Assembly (NCBI GenBank): GCA_001784175.1 | Contig: MFPR01000037.1 | Coordinates: 87,959-123,643 of the forward strand | Origin: Candidatus Lindowbacteria bacterium RIFCSPLOWO2_12_FULL_62_27 | GTDB lineage: Bacteria; Lindowbacteria; 2-12-FULL-62-27 | Direction: 5' to 3' | DNA: 35,685 nt | Shown: positions 1 to 10,026 of the stretch, piece after piece | How the letters are laid out: the number at the start of each line of letters is the position of its first letter | How positions within the stretch are numbered: the stretch's first letter is position 1 | Position numbers and translations under genes: made by a program | Notes under the pieces: model-generated | The model's database searches: none | What the model was told of the DNA's origin: nothing | The model's input: the letters and a program-made list of their open reading frames with translations, nothing else

Positions 1-1
1 G

Positions 2-166
2 GCCACATTCATTGTGGATCCCGAGGGAGTCATCCGCTGGGTCAGCGTGAATGATCTGAACGTGGGCCGAAACATCAACGAGGTGTTGCGCATCCTGGAC
101 GCCCTGCAGACCGGCGAACTCTGCCCGTGCAATTGGGAAAAGGGCCGGCCGACGCTGAAGGTGTGA
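2..166 (+). CDS. ahpC: Peroxiredoxin (AhpC/TSA family), C-terminal part; runs off the left edge
   Basis: Manual translation from position 2 gives ATFIVDPEGVIRWVSVNDLNVGRNINEVLRILDALQTGELCPCNWEKGRPTLKV*, with the GRN..E.LR.LDALQ and resolving CP.NW motifs. Confidence 0.9.
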   Translation, partial: ATFIVDPEGVIRWVSVNDLNVGRNINEVLRILDALQTGELCPCNWEKGRPTLKV

Positions 167-222
167 ACCGCCGGGCTATCGGGACACGGTCTGCATGGTC
201 GCCGCCCAAAAATAGAGCGGCG

Positions 223-1866
223 CTATTTCAAGCGGTAAAGGTAAAAGGGCGGGAACGCGATTGTAATCTGCCCGGCCTGATCCAGCGTCCGCCGGATCTC
301 GGCTTCGCGTCCTGGCGGCAGGCTCATGCCTTCCACGAGGAGAAAATACCGTTCCGGCAGATCCGAAACAGTTTTCCATGAGTCGTAGGGCTGGATGTCC
401 TCAAATCGGTAGATGGCCTGCCGGCGCGGCTCGTTCCCCATTTCCTCCAGCGTCTTGCCGTCCATGTATCGCATCTCGTAGCAAGGAGCATCCGGGTCGG
501 ATTCGACGACTTTCAGCATGAACTCATAGAAATGGACGTTGCCCAGGTTGTATTCGAGTCCGGCGTATTCGGCCGGTTGTTTGAATCGATCGAGGCGTTC
601 GCGGATGCGGTCCGGCGTCAAAAACAGCCGCCCTTTCCACACGTCGCCGCTCATCGCGGCGATCGACTCGCCTCGCGGTAAATTCCTTCGAACCCAGACA
701 ATCATATCATGCGCGGGCGCCTTCGCGGTGAAGTAATATGCGGCTTGTTCATACAGCGGCGTGTAACCTGACAGAAAAAATGTGGAGGACACGATCCCGA
801 TCGCGCCCAAGGCCGGCCCGGCCATGCGGTGAAGGTTCGCGCTGATCCAGACCACGCCAGCCGCCGCCAACGCGATCAACATGGGCCAGATGGCCATCGC
901 ATAGAGCGGCCCGATGCCCCAGCCGTGGCCGAGCACGGCCAGAAAACCCACGATGGGGCAAACCGCCAGCGGCCAGAGGCGGCGCCGAACCTCAGGCGGC
1001 GAGAAAATCCCCAGAATCGCCGGCAACGCCACAAGATACCCGAGCATCTGGCCAAAGATCATGTGGAGGGTCGTCCACAGCCCCTGCCGTTCGGTGGCGC
1101 TTTGACGAAGTTCGACATCGCGCGTGAAGGATGCCAGCGAAAGCTGGAGGTTCGAAAAGACGTACGGGTTCATCCCCGCGTAACAAACGCTGAATACGAC
1201 GACCGCCAGTCCCGCGCGGCGCCATTCCCGGCCGGCCAGAAGAACGGCCAGAACAGCTACCAGCGCCAGTCCCCCCGGGATCTTCGAGGACGCCGCAAGG
1301 GCCGAACACAGGCACGCGAGGAGCAGGTCCTTCAATTGCCTTGAATCCTGATACAGCGTCATGCGATCCAACGTCAGAATGACAAACAGGACGGCCAGCA
1401 TATCCTCCGACGCGTGCCGGCTGATTTCGGCGTGAACGGCCGAAAACACGCCGAAGGCCAGAGCCCAGAAACCACCGGCGTCCCCCAGCCACCGCCGGCA
1501 GAGTCGGAAAAGAAGCCAGAGCGACAGCACCGCAAGGATCATCTGGCCGATCCGGTCGATCAGATAGAGTTCCGTATGGTCGAGAAAAAAATCCCTGGCA
1601 AAATCAAAGGACGATTCGTACCGGCCGATCGCCCGGCCGACGAGATAATAAATTCCGAATTCCGCCAAGAGCACGTACCAGATCACGCCCTTGCCGATCT
1701 GCTGCGGATTGAGGTCCCGCGCGGCGGCCATTTTCAGCGCCGTGTTGACGTTTCGCTGTTCCTTTTCCGACTGCGAAAACGGCAGTCCGTAGGTGATGCT
1801 GGTGGCGCGAATGCCGAACGCGACAAGAAGCAGCAGCGCCAGCCCGATCCATGATGCCCTTGTCAT
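223..1866 (-). CDS. Polytopic membrane glycosyltransferase, ArnT/PMT-like (GT-C fold)
   Basis: 547 aa with about 11-12 hydrophobic segments, an N-terminal R....YGLP......E loop, ED and LAASSK.PG motifs, and a soluble C-terminal domain. Confidence 0.7.
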   Translation of the reverse strand: MTRASWIGLALLLLVAFGIRATSITYGLPFSQSEKEQRNVNTALKMAAARDLNPQQIGKGVIWYVLLAEFGIYYLVGRAIGRYESSFDFARDFFLDHTELYLIDRIGQMILAVLSLWLLFRLCRRWLGDAGGFWALAFGVFSAVHAEISRHASEDMLAVLFVILTLDRMTLYQDSRQLKDLLLACLCSALAASSKIPGGLALVAVLAVLLAGREWRRAGLAVVVFSVCYAGMNPYVFSNLQLSLASFTRDVELRQSATERQGLWTTLHMIFGQMLGYLVALPAILGIFSPPEVRRRLWPLAVCPIVGFLAVLGHGWGIGPLYAMAIWPMLIALAAAGVVWISANLHRMAGPALGAIGIVSSTFFLSGYTPLYEQAAYYFTAKAPAHDMIVWVRRNLPRGESIAAMSGDVWKGRLFLTPDRIRERLDRFKQPAEYAGLEYNLGNVHFYEFMLKVVESDPDAPCYEMRYMDGKTLEEMGNEPRRQAIYRFEDIQPYDSWKTVSDLPERYFLLVEGMSLPPGREAEIRRTLDQAGQITIAFPPFYLYRLK

Positions 1867-1896
1867 TGGATCATCATATCCTGCGGCGGTTGCGGC

Positions 1897-1925
1897 TTGA
1901 CAGACCTACAAATGTAGGTTATCCC
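1897..1925 (+). promoter_or_regulatory. sigma70-type dinB promoter with a 16-bp palindromic operator in the spacer
   Basis: TTGACA(1897-1902)-N17-TATCCC(1920-1925); ACCTACA-AA-TGTAGGT at 1904-1919; ATG 6 nt after the -10. Confidence 0.6.
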
Positions 1926-1931
1926 GCCGGC

Positions 1932-3194
1932 ATGGGGAACAGGGTTATTGCCCTCATGGACGCGGATGCGTTTTTCGCGGCGTGCGAGCGGACAGTCGAT
2001 CCGCGCCTGGCGGGCCGGGCGGTGGTGGTGGTGGCGGACGCGAAGCGGCGCAGCGTGGTGCTGGCGGCCAGTTACGAGGCGCGGCCCCATGGCGTGCGGA
2101 CGGGGATGGTGCTGCACGAGGCCAGAAAGCTCTGCCCGCAATTGGCGGTGGTGGAAAGCCATCCGCCTCTGTATCTGCATCTCTCCGCGGAGATAGAAAA
2201 AATTCTGCGGGATTTCAGCGACCGGGTTGAAATGGCGTCGGTCGATGAGGCGTATCTGGATCTCACCGGCGTCTTGGATTACTTTCGTCTTTCCGCCCTT
2301 GATCTTTGCCGGATGGCCCAGCTTCGCATCCAGCGGGAGCTGGGCCTGCCCGTCACGTTCGGCGTCGGGCCCAACAAACTGCTCGCAAAACTTCTGGCGG
2401 ATCTCGCCAAACCCGAAGGCATCCGCGAAATCCGGACCGTGCCGGACGCCTCCGGCGATCCGTCGCCCGTGGAGGCGCTCCTGGAAACGATGCCGGTCGA
2501 AAAACTTTGCGGCATCGGTTCGCGATTGAGGGAGGCGCTGGCGGAGATGGGCGTCCGAACGGCGGGAGAGCTTGGCCGCGCCCCGCTTCAGGCGCTGACC
2601 GCCCGGTTCGGCGTGATCGGCTGGACATTGAAGCGCATGGGGCAGGGATTGGACGACCGCCCGGTTCTTGCGTGCGCATCCGGCCCGGAGGAAGTCAAAT
2701 CGGTCGGGCATGCGCACACGCTCGCAGCCGACACATCGAACCCGTTGGTCGTCCGCTCATTTTTGTTTTTTCTGTCCGAAAAAGTGGCGGCGCGTCTTCG
2801 CCGGTACGGCCTTGCCGGGCGGGTGGCGCACGTCACGATCCGGACCGCCGGCTTTGAAACGTTCGGCCGGCAGAGGAAGATGAGCGTGCCGGCGTCCAGC
2901 GGCCCGCAGATTTACGGCGTGGCGCGCGGCCTTCTGGACGAGCTCTGGCCGTGCCCGCGAACGCCGCTCCGGCTGATCGGCGTTTCGGTTTCTGACCTTT
3001 CTGCCCGCTCCGCCCAGCCGCCGCTTTTGGCGGCTGAGCGCCGGCGGCTTGAGCTGGACGACGTCGTGGATCAAATCAACGCCCGGTTCGGCCGCTGGAC
3101 GATCCGACCCGCGGCGCAAATTCCGGCCGAACGGTTCGGCATTCTCACGCCGCCCGTCCCGCCGAAACTCGGACCCCTACACAGAACGCTTTGA
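1932..3194 (+). CDS. dinB: DNA polymerase IV (Y family)
   Basis: MDADAFFAACE, AASYEAR..GV..GM, SVDEAYLD, NKLLAKL, GIG and KSVG motifs; start moved to ATG 1932 just before the first motif. Confidence 0.92.
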   Translation: MGNRVIALMDADAFFAACERTVDPRLAGRAVVVVADAKRRSVVLAASYEARPHGVRTGMVLHEARKLCPQLAVVESHPPLYLHLSAEIEKILRDFSDRVEMASVDEAYLDLTGVLDYFRLSALDLCRMAQLRIQRELGLPVTFGVGPNKLLAKLLADLAKPEGIREIRTVPDASGDPSPVEALLETMPVEKLCGIGSRLREALAEMGVRTAGELGRAPLQALTARFGVIGWTLKRMGQGLDDRPVLACASGPEEVKSVGHAHTLAADTSNPLVVRSFLFFLSEKVAARLRRYGLAGRVAHVTIRTAGFETFGRQRKMSVPASSGPQIYGVARGLLDELWPCPRTPLRLIGVSVSDLSARSAQPPLLAAERRRLELDDVVDQINARFGRWTIRPAAQIPAERFGILTPPVPPKLGPLHRTL

Positions 3195-3213
3195 CGATAG
3201 TACGATCCGCCCC

Positions 3214-4440
3214 GTGATGGATTCATTGGCGATCAAAGCTGGCCGGGCGCTGGATGTGCGGTCGGGAAAGATGATGGAGGACGTAACCATCCTTGTGGAG
3301 CAAGGCCGGATTGCCGGCATCGGGCCTGGCGTGGGCATTCCGAAAGGAACGCCCGTTGTGGATGCGGGCGGGCTCACGCTCATTCCGGGCCTCCATGACA
3401 ATCACTGCCATCTCATGCTGGAGCCTCGCAATTTTGACGAACTCATTTACAAGCGCGCCTCGGCCGCGATGGCGCTGGATGCGTGGATCAACGCCTCCAA
3501 GGCGCTTCAGTCGGGATTCACGACGGTGCGCGATCCGGGGGACTGTGACCGCGAATACGGGCTGGTGGATCTTCGGAAGGCGATCGATCAGGGGAAACTG
3601 CCGGGCCCGCGCGTGATCGTCGCGCCGCATTTTCTGTCGCCGACCGGCGGCCATGGCGACGCGAACGATTTTGCCCACGACCTGCGCATGGCCGGCATCG
3701 GCCGGATCGTGGACGGGCCGGACGGGATGCGGAAGGCGGTGCGGGAGGAGATCAAGTACGGCGCGGAGTGGATCAAAGTTTTCGTCAGCGGCGGCGTATT
3801 GTCCAAGGGCGACAATCCCGCGCATTCGACCTACACGATCGAAGAGGTCCGCGCGGCCGCGGAGGAGGCGCACCGGCTCGGCCGGAAAATCACCGCGCAC
3901 GCGCACGGCGCCCAGGCCATCCGGTACTGCGTCGAGGCCGGGTTCGACGGCGTCGAGCATTGCACGATGGTGGATGACGACACGATCGGCCTCATGAAAC
4001 GGAGCGGCACGTTCTGCGTTCCCACGCTCTACGTGCTCGATTTTCTGGTGAAGGAGGACAACGGCCTGGACCTGACGCCGGATCTGGTCGAAAAGGCCCG
4101 CGTGATGCGAAACGTCCAGCGCGAGCGGTTCCGCAAAGTGGTGGAGGCCGGCGTGCCGGTCGCGTACGGCACCGACATCGGCGTGTTTCCGCACGGCGAA
4201 AACTGGCGCGATTTTTCCGTGATGGTCGAGTGCGGCATGACGCCGCTGGAGGCCATCCGAACCGCCACGCTGAACTCCGCGCGGATGAATGGCATCGACC
4301 ACGAAGTCGGGACGCTGGAGATGGGCCGGAAGGCCGACATCATCGGCGTCGACGGAAACCCTGTCGACGACGTTTCGAGTCTCCGCCGGGTGCGGCTCGT
4401 CATGCGGGATGGAAGAATTTTCAAAACGCCGGCCGAATGA
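3214..4440 (+). CDS. Metal-dependent amidohydrolase (Xaa-Pro dipeptidase-like)
   Basis: PGLHDNHCH, GFTTVRD, GGHGD, WIKVFVSGG, AHAHG, EH and YGTD motifs; start GTG 3214 or ATG 3217. Confidence 0.88.
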   Translation: MMDSLAIKAGRALDVRSGKMMEDVTILVEQGRIAGIGPGVGIPKGTPVVDAGGLTLIPGLHDNHCHLMLEPRNFDELIYKRASAAMALDAWINASKALQSGFTTVRDPGDCDREYGLVDLRKAIDQGKLPGPRVIVAPHFLSPTGGHGDANDFAHDLRMAGIGRIVDGPDGMRKAVREEIKYGAEWIKVFVSGGVLSKGDNPAHSTYTIEEVRAAAEEAHRLGRKITAHAHGAQAIRYCVEAGFDGVEHCTMVDDDTIGLMKRSGTFCVPTLYVLDFLVKEDNGLDLTPDLVEKARVMRNVQRERFRKVVEAGVPVAYGTDIGVFPHGENWRDFSVMVECGMTPLEAIRTATLNSARMNGIDHEVGTLEMGRKADIIGVDGNPVDDVSSLRRVRLVMRDGRIFKTPAE

Positions 4441-4476
4441 GCCGGCCGGACAATTCAAACGGGAGGTGAGAGTGAC

Positions 4477-4947
4477 GTGATCCGCCGCATATCCAGTCGG
4501 TTTCTTTTCACATCTTTGGCTGTCGGACTGCTCTTTGCCGCGTGCCGGGAAGGTGCCGATCGGGGTGAGTCTTCTCCGAAACCGGAGGGGAAACCCGTTC
4601 AGGTGATCACAACACGAAGCGGAATGAAATATCAGATATTGAAAGCCGGCGCCGGAGCGGAGGCCCGGCCGGGCCAGACCGTCACCGTTCATTACACGGG
4701 CTGGCTCATGAACGGGAAGGAGTTCGACAGTTCCCGGGGACACGAACCCTTCGTGTTCCCGCTGGGCGCGGGCCAGGTGATCAAGGGATGGGACGAGGGC
4801 GTGGCCGGAATGAAGGTCGGCGAGACGCGGCACCTCACGATCCCGCCGGAACTGGGATATGGCGCGCGCGGCGCGGGCGGAGTGATTCCTCCCAACGCGA
4901 CATTGATTTTTGAAGTGGAACTTTTGTCCATAAAGGAGCAACCATGA
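4477..4947 (+). CDS. FKBP-type peptidyl-prolyl isomerase, probable lipoprotein
   Basis: [29 protein letters not shown] and [13 protein letters not shown] motifs; signal peptide with LLFAAC lipobox. Confidence 0.93.
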   Translation: MIRRISSRFLFTSLAVGLLFAACREGADRGESSPKPEGKPVQVITTRSGMKYQILKAGAGAEARPGQTVTVHYTGWLMNGKEFDSSRGHEPFVFPLGAGQVIKGWDEGVAGMKVGETRHLTIPPELGYGARGAGGVIPPNATLIFEVELLSIKEQP

Positions 4948-5954
4948 GCAAAAACGATTTTCCCCGTGTGGCGATCTATCTTCAGGACAAGCATTCCCTG
5001 CAGGATGGGATGGACTACGTGAAGTATGCGGAATCGCGCGGATTCGAAGCGGTATGGCAGGCCGAGTCGCGGCTGGTGCGCGACGCGATCGTGCCGATGG
5101 CCGCGTTCGCGGCGGTCACGCGGAAACTCAAGGTCGGCTCCGGCGTCATCAACAACTGGACCCGCAACATCGGGCTCCTCGCGTCGACGTTTCTCACGCT
5201 CGACGATCTGGCGCCGAACCGCGTGATCTGCGGCATCGGGGCCTGGTGGGATCCGCTGGCGGCCAATGTCGGCATCAAACGCCACAAGCACCTTCTGGCC
5301 ATGCGGGAGACCGTGACGGTCCTCCGCCGCCTGTTAAATATGGAGAAGGTCACCTTCGAGGGGGAGTTTCATCAAGTCAAGGGGATTGAACTCGACGTGG
5401 TCCACGGCCGGCGCGAGCCGCGCAGCGTCCCGATCATGATCGGCGCGACGGGGCCGAACATGATGGAGCTGACCGGAGAGATCGCCGACGGCGCCGTACT
5501 CAACTATTGCGTTGCGCCGGAATACAACGACGAGGCGATGGAGCTTCTGGAAAAAGGCGCCCGCAGAGCCGGCCGGAAGATCGAAGACATCGACCGGCCC
5601 CAGCTCGTCGTCTGTGCGGTCGACCGCGACGAGAACAAGGCCCGCAACGACGCCAAGTGGCTTCTCACCCAGTACCTCGCCCAGCAGCCGCACATCGCCA
5701 AGGCCAGCAACACGCCGCAGCACATCGTTGACAAAATCCAGTCCATTCTCGGCTGGCCGGCCACGAAGGAACAGATTTCAAAAGCCATGCAGTACGTGCC
5801 CGATGACCTGGTGGACCGCATCACCGCGAGCGGAACGCCGGACCAGGCGCGGGCCAAGGTCCAACAGTATGTCAAGCGCGGCGCGACCTGTCCGATCCTC
5901 TACCCGATGTCCGACGACGTCAAACTGATGATCGATACCTTTGCGGTTGTGTAG
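4944..5954 (+). CDS. LLM-class (luciferase-like) flavin/F420-dependent oxidoreductase, Mer-like
   Basis: [20 protein letters not shown] and [21 protein letters not shown] motifs; ATGA overlap with the FKBP gene. Confidence 0.85.
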   Translation: MSKNDFPRVAIYLQDKHSLQDGMDYVKYAESRGFEAVWQAESRLVRDAIVPMAAFAAVTRKLKVGSGVINNWTRNIGLLASTFLTLDDLAPNRVICGIGAWWDPLAANVGIKRHKHLLAMRETVTVLRRLLNMEKVTFEGEFHQVKGIELDVVHGRREPRSVPIMIGATGPNMMELTGEIADGAVLNYCVAPEYNDEAMELLEKGARRAGRKIEDIDRPQLVVCAVDRDENKARNDAKWLLTQYLAQQPHIAKASNTPQHIVDKIQSILGWPATKEQISKAMQYVPDDLVDRITASGTPDQARAKVQQYVKRGATCPILYPMSDDVKLMIDTFAVV

Positions 5955-5969
5955 AGGCGCGCTTCGGAT

Positions 5970-7181
5970 TTACGCAAGCAAGCGGATCAAACGCGAGATC
6001 GCATAGGCGACAGACCGTTCCCGGACCGCCTCACGGTCGCCGACGAACCGCTGGCGCTCGGTCTGAACGGCATTCCCCCGCACGGCGAACCCAAACCACA
6101 CGGTGCCGGCCGGTTTCCCGCGCGTGCCTCTGGTGGGTCCGGCGATTCCGGTGATCGAAACGGCGATGTCGCCGCCCAACTTTTTCAGCGCGCCCGATGC
6201 CATTTCTTTCGCACACTCACGGCTGACCGCCCCGGCCCGGGCCAGCGTGTCCGGCCGCACTCCCAGGAATTTCCGTTTCAGCGCGTTGCTGTACGCGACC
6301 ACACCGCCGATGAGGACGCGGCTGGCGCCGGGGACATTCGTGATCGTCGCCGCGAGAAGTCCCGCCGTGCAGGATTCGGCCAGCGCGAGCCGGCGGCGGC
6401 GCCTCCGAAGGAGCCGCACAAGTTTCTCTTCCGGCGCGGCATCGCCTTCGACCACCAGAAATTTTTCGAGATGGGCCCGGACCGTTTTTCGAAACTCCGT
6501 GCGATCCCTCCCTTGGTCCGTTCGAAGGATGACGTCCACGCCCCGGAGTTTGGGGTAGATGCCGTACCGGGTTCTCAAATGAACGGGCAGTCGCTCCTGC
6601 AGGATCGTGTCGAGGGTTGATTCGGGAACGCCGGTGAACTGATAGACGTCGGCGTATTCCGCGCGTGCGGCCGACCGTTTCGGCCGGCGGCCGCCCCTTG
6701 CCACGTGGCGCGTGACCATCGCGCGAAATTCCTTTGGAACGCCCGGGAAAAAGTAGTACCGGGTTTTCGCCCGGCGCACCGTAAATCCGACGGCGCCGCC
6801 GACCGGGTTGTCCAGCGGCGCGGCGGCGGCCGGATACAGCGCCTGGGCCGCATTGTTGGGCGTGATGTCTTTAATGCCGGCGCGGTGAAGTTTTCCCGTG
6901 AACTTGCGCAGCGTCGGCCGGTGCTGTTGGACGCCGCATCGAAGCCACCGGCATGCAAAGTCGCGCGTGAGGTCATCGACCGTCGGGCCAAGCCCGCCTG
7001 AGACCACGACCACGCGGCACCGGCTTAAAAATCGCAGCGCCGGCAAAACTTCCGCCGCGTCGTCCCCCACGGCCATCGCGATCGTGCGGCCGAATTGCCG
7101 GCCGAACCACCGCGCATTGTCGTTGTCGACCCGGCCCTCGGCCACCTCGTTGCCGATGGCGAGCATGCCGAACGGTATCAC
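5970..7181 (-). CDS. cinA: CinA-like protein (molybdopterin-binding-like domain plus PncC NMN deamidase)
   Basis: IGNE...G, SGGLGPTVDDLT, PGVPKE, AESCTAG, GAVS.E.A.EMA and SITGIAGP motifs. Confidence 0.9.
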   Translation of the reverse strand: MIPFGMLAIGNEVAEGRVDNDNARWFGRQFGRTIAMAVGDDAAEVLPALRFLSRCRVVVVSGGLGPTVDDLTRDFACRWLRCGVQQHRPTLRKFTGKLHRAGIKDITPNNAAQALYPAAAAPLDNPVGGAVGFTVRRAKTRYYFFPGVPKEFRAMVTRHVARGGRRPKRSAARAEYADVYQFTGVPESTLDTILQERLPVHLRTRYGIYPKLRGVDVILRTDQGRDRTEFRKTVRAHLEKFLVVEGDAAPEEKLVRLLRRRRRRLALAESCTAGLLAATITNVPGASRVLIGGVVAYSNALKRKFLGVRPDTLARAGAVSRECAKEMASGALKKLGGDIAVSITGIAGPTRGTRGKPAGTVWFGFAVRGNAVQTERQRFVGDREAVRERSVAYAISRLIRLLA

Positions 7182-8861
7182 TTAACTGCGGATGAGTTTC
7201 CGGTATCGGATCCGGTGGGGCTGGTCGGCCTCGCCGCCGAGACGCTTCCGGCGGTCCTTCTCGTAGTCGGAATAATTTCCATCGAACCACACGCACCGGC
7301 TGTTGCCTTCGAACGCCAGAATGTGCGTCGCGACGCGGTCCAGGAACCAGCGGTCATGGCTGACGATCACCGCGCACCCGGCGAACTGTTCCAGCGCCTC
7401 CTCCAGCGCCCGCACGGCGTTGACGTCCAGATCGTTCGTCGGCTCGTCCAGCAAAAGAACATTGGCGCCGGATTTGAGCATCTTCGCAAGGTGGACCCGG
7501 TTTCGCTCGCCGCCGGACAGCGTGCCGACGGGTTTCTGCTGGCCGGGCCCGACAAAATTAAAATGCGCGACGTAGGACCGGGAGTTCATCTGGACGGCGC
7601 CGAGGTTCAGAATCTCCTCGCCGCCTGAAATCTCCTCCCACACGGATTTGCGGCCGTCGAGCGCGTCGCGGCTCTGGTCCACGTAGCCCGGCTTGACGGT
7701 GTCCCCGATCTCGATTTTTCCGCCGTCCGGCCTTTCCTGGCCGACGATCATGCGGAACAGCGTCGTCTTGCCGGCGCCGTTCGGGCCGATCACGCCGACG
7801 ATCCCGCCGCGGGGAAGCTTGAACGAGAGGGATTCGAAGAGAAGGTTGTCGCCGTAGGATTTCGACACGCCCTCAAAATCGATCACCGTGTCGCCCAGCC
7901 GGGGACCGGGCGGGATGTAGATCTCGAGTTCCTGCAATTTTTCCTTCTGGGTCTGGCCGTACAGGTCCTGATAGGCGCTGAGCCGGGCCTTGCTTTTGGT
8001 CCGCCGGGCCTGCGGCGTGGTCCGGATCCATTCGAGTTCCCGCGCCAGGACCCTCCGGCGCTTGCTCTCGGATTTTTCCTCGACCCGGAGCCGTTCCTGT
8101 TTCTGCTCGAGCCACGACGTGTAATTGCCCTTCCAGGGGATGCCTTCGCCGCGGTCGAGTTCCAGAATCCAGCCGGCGACGTTGTCGAGGAAATACCGGT
8201 CGTGCGTGACGGCGATGACGGTGCCCTGGTATTGCTTGAGATGTCTCTCGAGCCACTGGACCGATTCGGCGTCCAGGTGGTTGGTCGGCTCGTCGAGGAG
8301 AAGGATATCGGGTTGCTGAAGCAACAGCCGGCACAGCGCCACGCGCCGGCGCTCTCCGCCAGAAATGACCTTCACCGGCAGATCGCCGGGCGGGCACCGC
8401 AGTGCCTCCATCGCCATCTCGAGGCGGCTGTCGAGGTCCCACGCGTTCAGGCGGTCGATTTTTTCCTGAAGCTCGCTCTGCCGGTTGATGAGTTTGTCCA
8501 TCTCGTCGGCCGAGAGATCCTCGCCGAGCCGCGCGCTGACGTCTTCGAATTCCTTGACGAGATCGACCAGCGGCTGCACACCCTCCTGCACGATCTCCTT
8601 GACCGTCCTGCCGGAATCGAGAAGCGGCTCCTGCTCGAGAAAGCCGACCGAGTATCCCTTCAAAAGGTTGAACTGCCCGTCGAAATCCTTCTCGACGCCG
8701 GCCATGATCCGCAAGAGCGTGCTCTTGCCGGAGCCGTTCAGCCCCAGCACGCCGATCTTCGCGCCGTAAAAATACGACAGCGAAATGTCTTTCAGCACCG
8801 CCTGGTTCGGCGGATAGGTCTTGCCGACCCGGAGCATCGAACAAATGATCTGTTCAGCCAT
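7182..8861 (-). CDS. ettA: ABC-F translational throttle EttA
   Basis: 559 aa with two ABC domains; GAKIGVLGLNGSGKSTL, SGGERRRVALCRLLL, GIPWKGNY.SWLEQK, SGGERNRVHLAK. Confidence 0.96.
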   Translation of the reverse strand: MAEQIICSMLRVGKTYPPNQAVLKDISLSYFYGAKIGVLGLNGSGKSTLLRIMAGVEKDFDGQFNLLKGYSVGFLEQEPLLDSGRTVKEIVQEGVQPLVDLVKEFEDVSARLGEDLSADEMDKLINRQSELQEKIDRLNAWDLDSRLEMAMEALRCPPGDLPVKVISGGERRRVALCRLLLQQPDILLLDEPTNHLDAESVQWLERHLKQYQGTVIAVTHDRYFLDNVAGWILELDRGEGIPWKGNYTSWLEQKQERLRVEEKSESKRRRVLARELEWIRTTPQARRTKSKARLSAYQDLYGQTQKEKLQELEIYIPPGPRLGDTVIDFEGVSKSYGDNLLFESLSFKLPRGGIVGVIGPNGAGKTTLFRMIVGQERPDGGKIEIGDTVKPGYVDQSRDALDGRKSVWEEISGGEEILNLGAVQMNSRSYVAHFNFVGPGQQKPVGTLSGGERNRVHLAKMLKSGANVLLLDEPTNDLDVNAVRALEEALEQFAGCAVIVSHDRWFLDRVATHILAFEGNSRCVWFDGNYSDYEKDRRKRLGGEADQPHRIRYRKLIRS

Positions 8862-8917
8862 GCCGACCTTGTACCATAAGTCCGCGCGGTTGTGGACAGG
8901 GGGTCATTCGCCCCGCG

Positions 8918-9982
8918 TCACGGGGCGTAACCGTATTTTTTTGCCGTCTCCTTCTCCATGAACGGAACGCCCCAAGTATTGGCGCGTTCTTCAATCGGAT
9001 GCGTGTTCCGGGTTGCAGGGCCGGGCGCCGGGGGGCCGGCTCCACTCCGCGGCGTGAATTTGACGCGGGCAATCTCTTCCTCCGTGGGCCCTATTTTTTC
9101 GCCCAACGTCTCCTCTGTCGCCTTGAGCATCTCGGCCTCCAGGGCCGGCGCCTTTGCGCCGTTTCGTTCATAGGCAACGATCGAGGCTGCCGCCCGCCTG
9201 GCGCGGCCCCGCATGACCTCCTCCATTTCGTCGGCCACGTCGTCCTTGCCTTCCTTCCTCAAGGATTCTATCCACTTCATCTCACCCGCGATCATTTCCT
9301 TCGGCCCTTCATAGGCGCCGCTGAACCCGCGGGCCACCACGTCCGTTTTCTCCGCGCGTGCCCTGTAGCCGCGGTTGGACGCCCCCAGCACGTCGATTTT
9401 CTCATCGTGCCGGTCGTATGCATAAGGCTTGCCGCCGGGACTCCCGAAATTCAGAACTTTGTCCGGATCAACGCCCAGACGGTCCATTTCCTCGATGCTC
9501 TCGCTCATGCCCGGCAATTTCTTGAAATTTTTCTGAAAATGCTCTTGGATGGCCTGGTTGGCCAGACGCTCCGCCTTTTCCGGTTCCTTCTCGACATCCA
9601 CCCCCTTGAGGGCGTCCCGGATGGCCGCTTCGCTGCTTTCAACATACGCCTGCATCTGCGCGTCATAATTTTCAGCGGCCTTGGCTTGCCGTTTCGAGGA
9701 TTCATAGCCCCGGTCGAACTGGCTGAGAACGTCATCCAGCGGCATCATAAAATCCGCCGCGGAAACCGCGCCGCCTCCGCATCCGGCGGCTGCGAACTCC
9801 GCGATCCGGCTGGTGATGAATTCATGCTCTGTGCCGTCCGATTCCGAATATTCGACGCCGAAGGAGGCGATGGGTGCCAAAGCAAATGCCAGCACGGCGC
9901 AGGATGTCGAAAATAGAATGCAAGCTGTGCGCGGCACATGCCCCGGCCCCGGGTTTGTTTCCGATCTTTTCATTGACGGCAT
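8918..9982 (-). CDS. Hypothetical exported, charged helical protein
   Basis: 354-aa ORF with a hydrophobic signal-like N-terminus and E/A/K-rich body; own TTGACA-N18-TACACT promoter; no family recognised. Confidence 0.65.
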   Translation of the reverse strand: MPSMKRSETNPGPGHVPRTACILFSTSCAVLAFALAPIASFGVEYSESDGTEHEFITSRIAEFAAAGCGGGAVSAADFMMPLDDVLSQFDRGYESSKRQAKAAENYDAQMQAYVESSEAAIRDALKGVDVEKEPEKAERLANQAIQEHFQKNFKKLPGMSESIEEMDRLGVDPDKVLNFGSPGGKPYAYDRHDEKIDVLGASNRGYRARAEKTDVVARGFSGAYEGPKEMIAGEMKWIESLRKEGKDDVADEMEEVMRGRARRAAASIVAYERNGAKAPALEAEMLKATEETLGEKIGPTEEEIARVKFTPRSGAGPPAPGPATRNTHPIEERANTWGVPFMEKETAKKYGYAP

Positions 9983-9987
9983 GCCTT

Positions 9988-10017
9988 AGTGTATTGGCAC
10001 TGATCATACAATGTCAA
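9988..10017 (-). promoter_or_regulatory. sigma70-type promoter, leaderless, for the 8918-9982 gene
   Basis: Minus strand reads TTGACA-N18-TACACT-N5-ATG. Confidence 0.6.
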
Positions 10018-10026
10018 GATCATTTT

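Noticed and set aside
3223-4941. 572-aa antisense ORF, and similar long ones at 16869-18884, 22610-23983 and 24382-25728
   Set aside because: Shadow ORFs opposite well-supported genes, expected at high GC; no motifs
6385-6420. Poly-Arg run in CinA as a special signal
   Set aside because: It sits in the variable helix before AESCT and is consistent with GC-driven Arg enrichment
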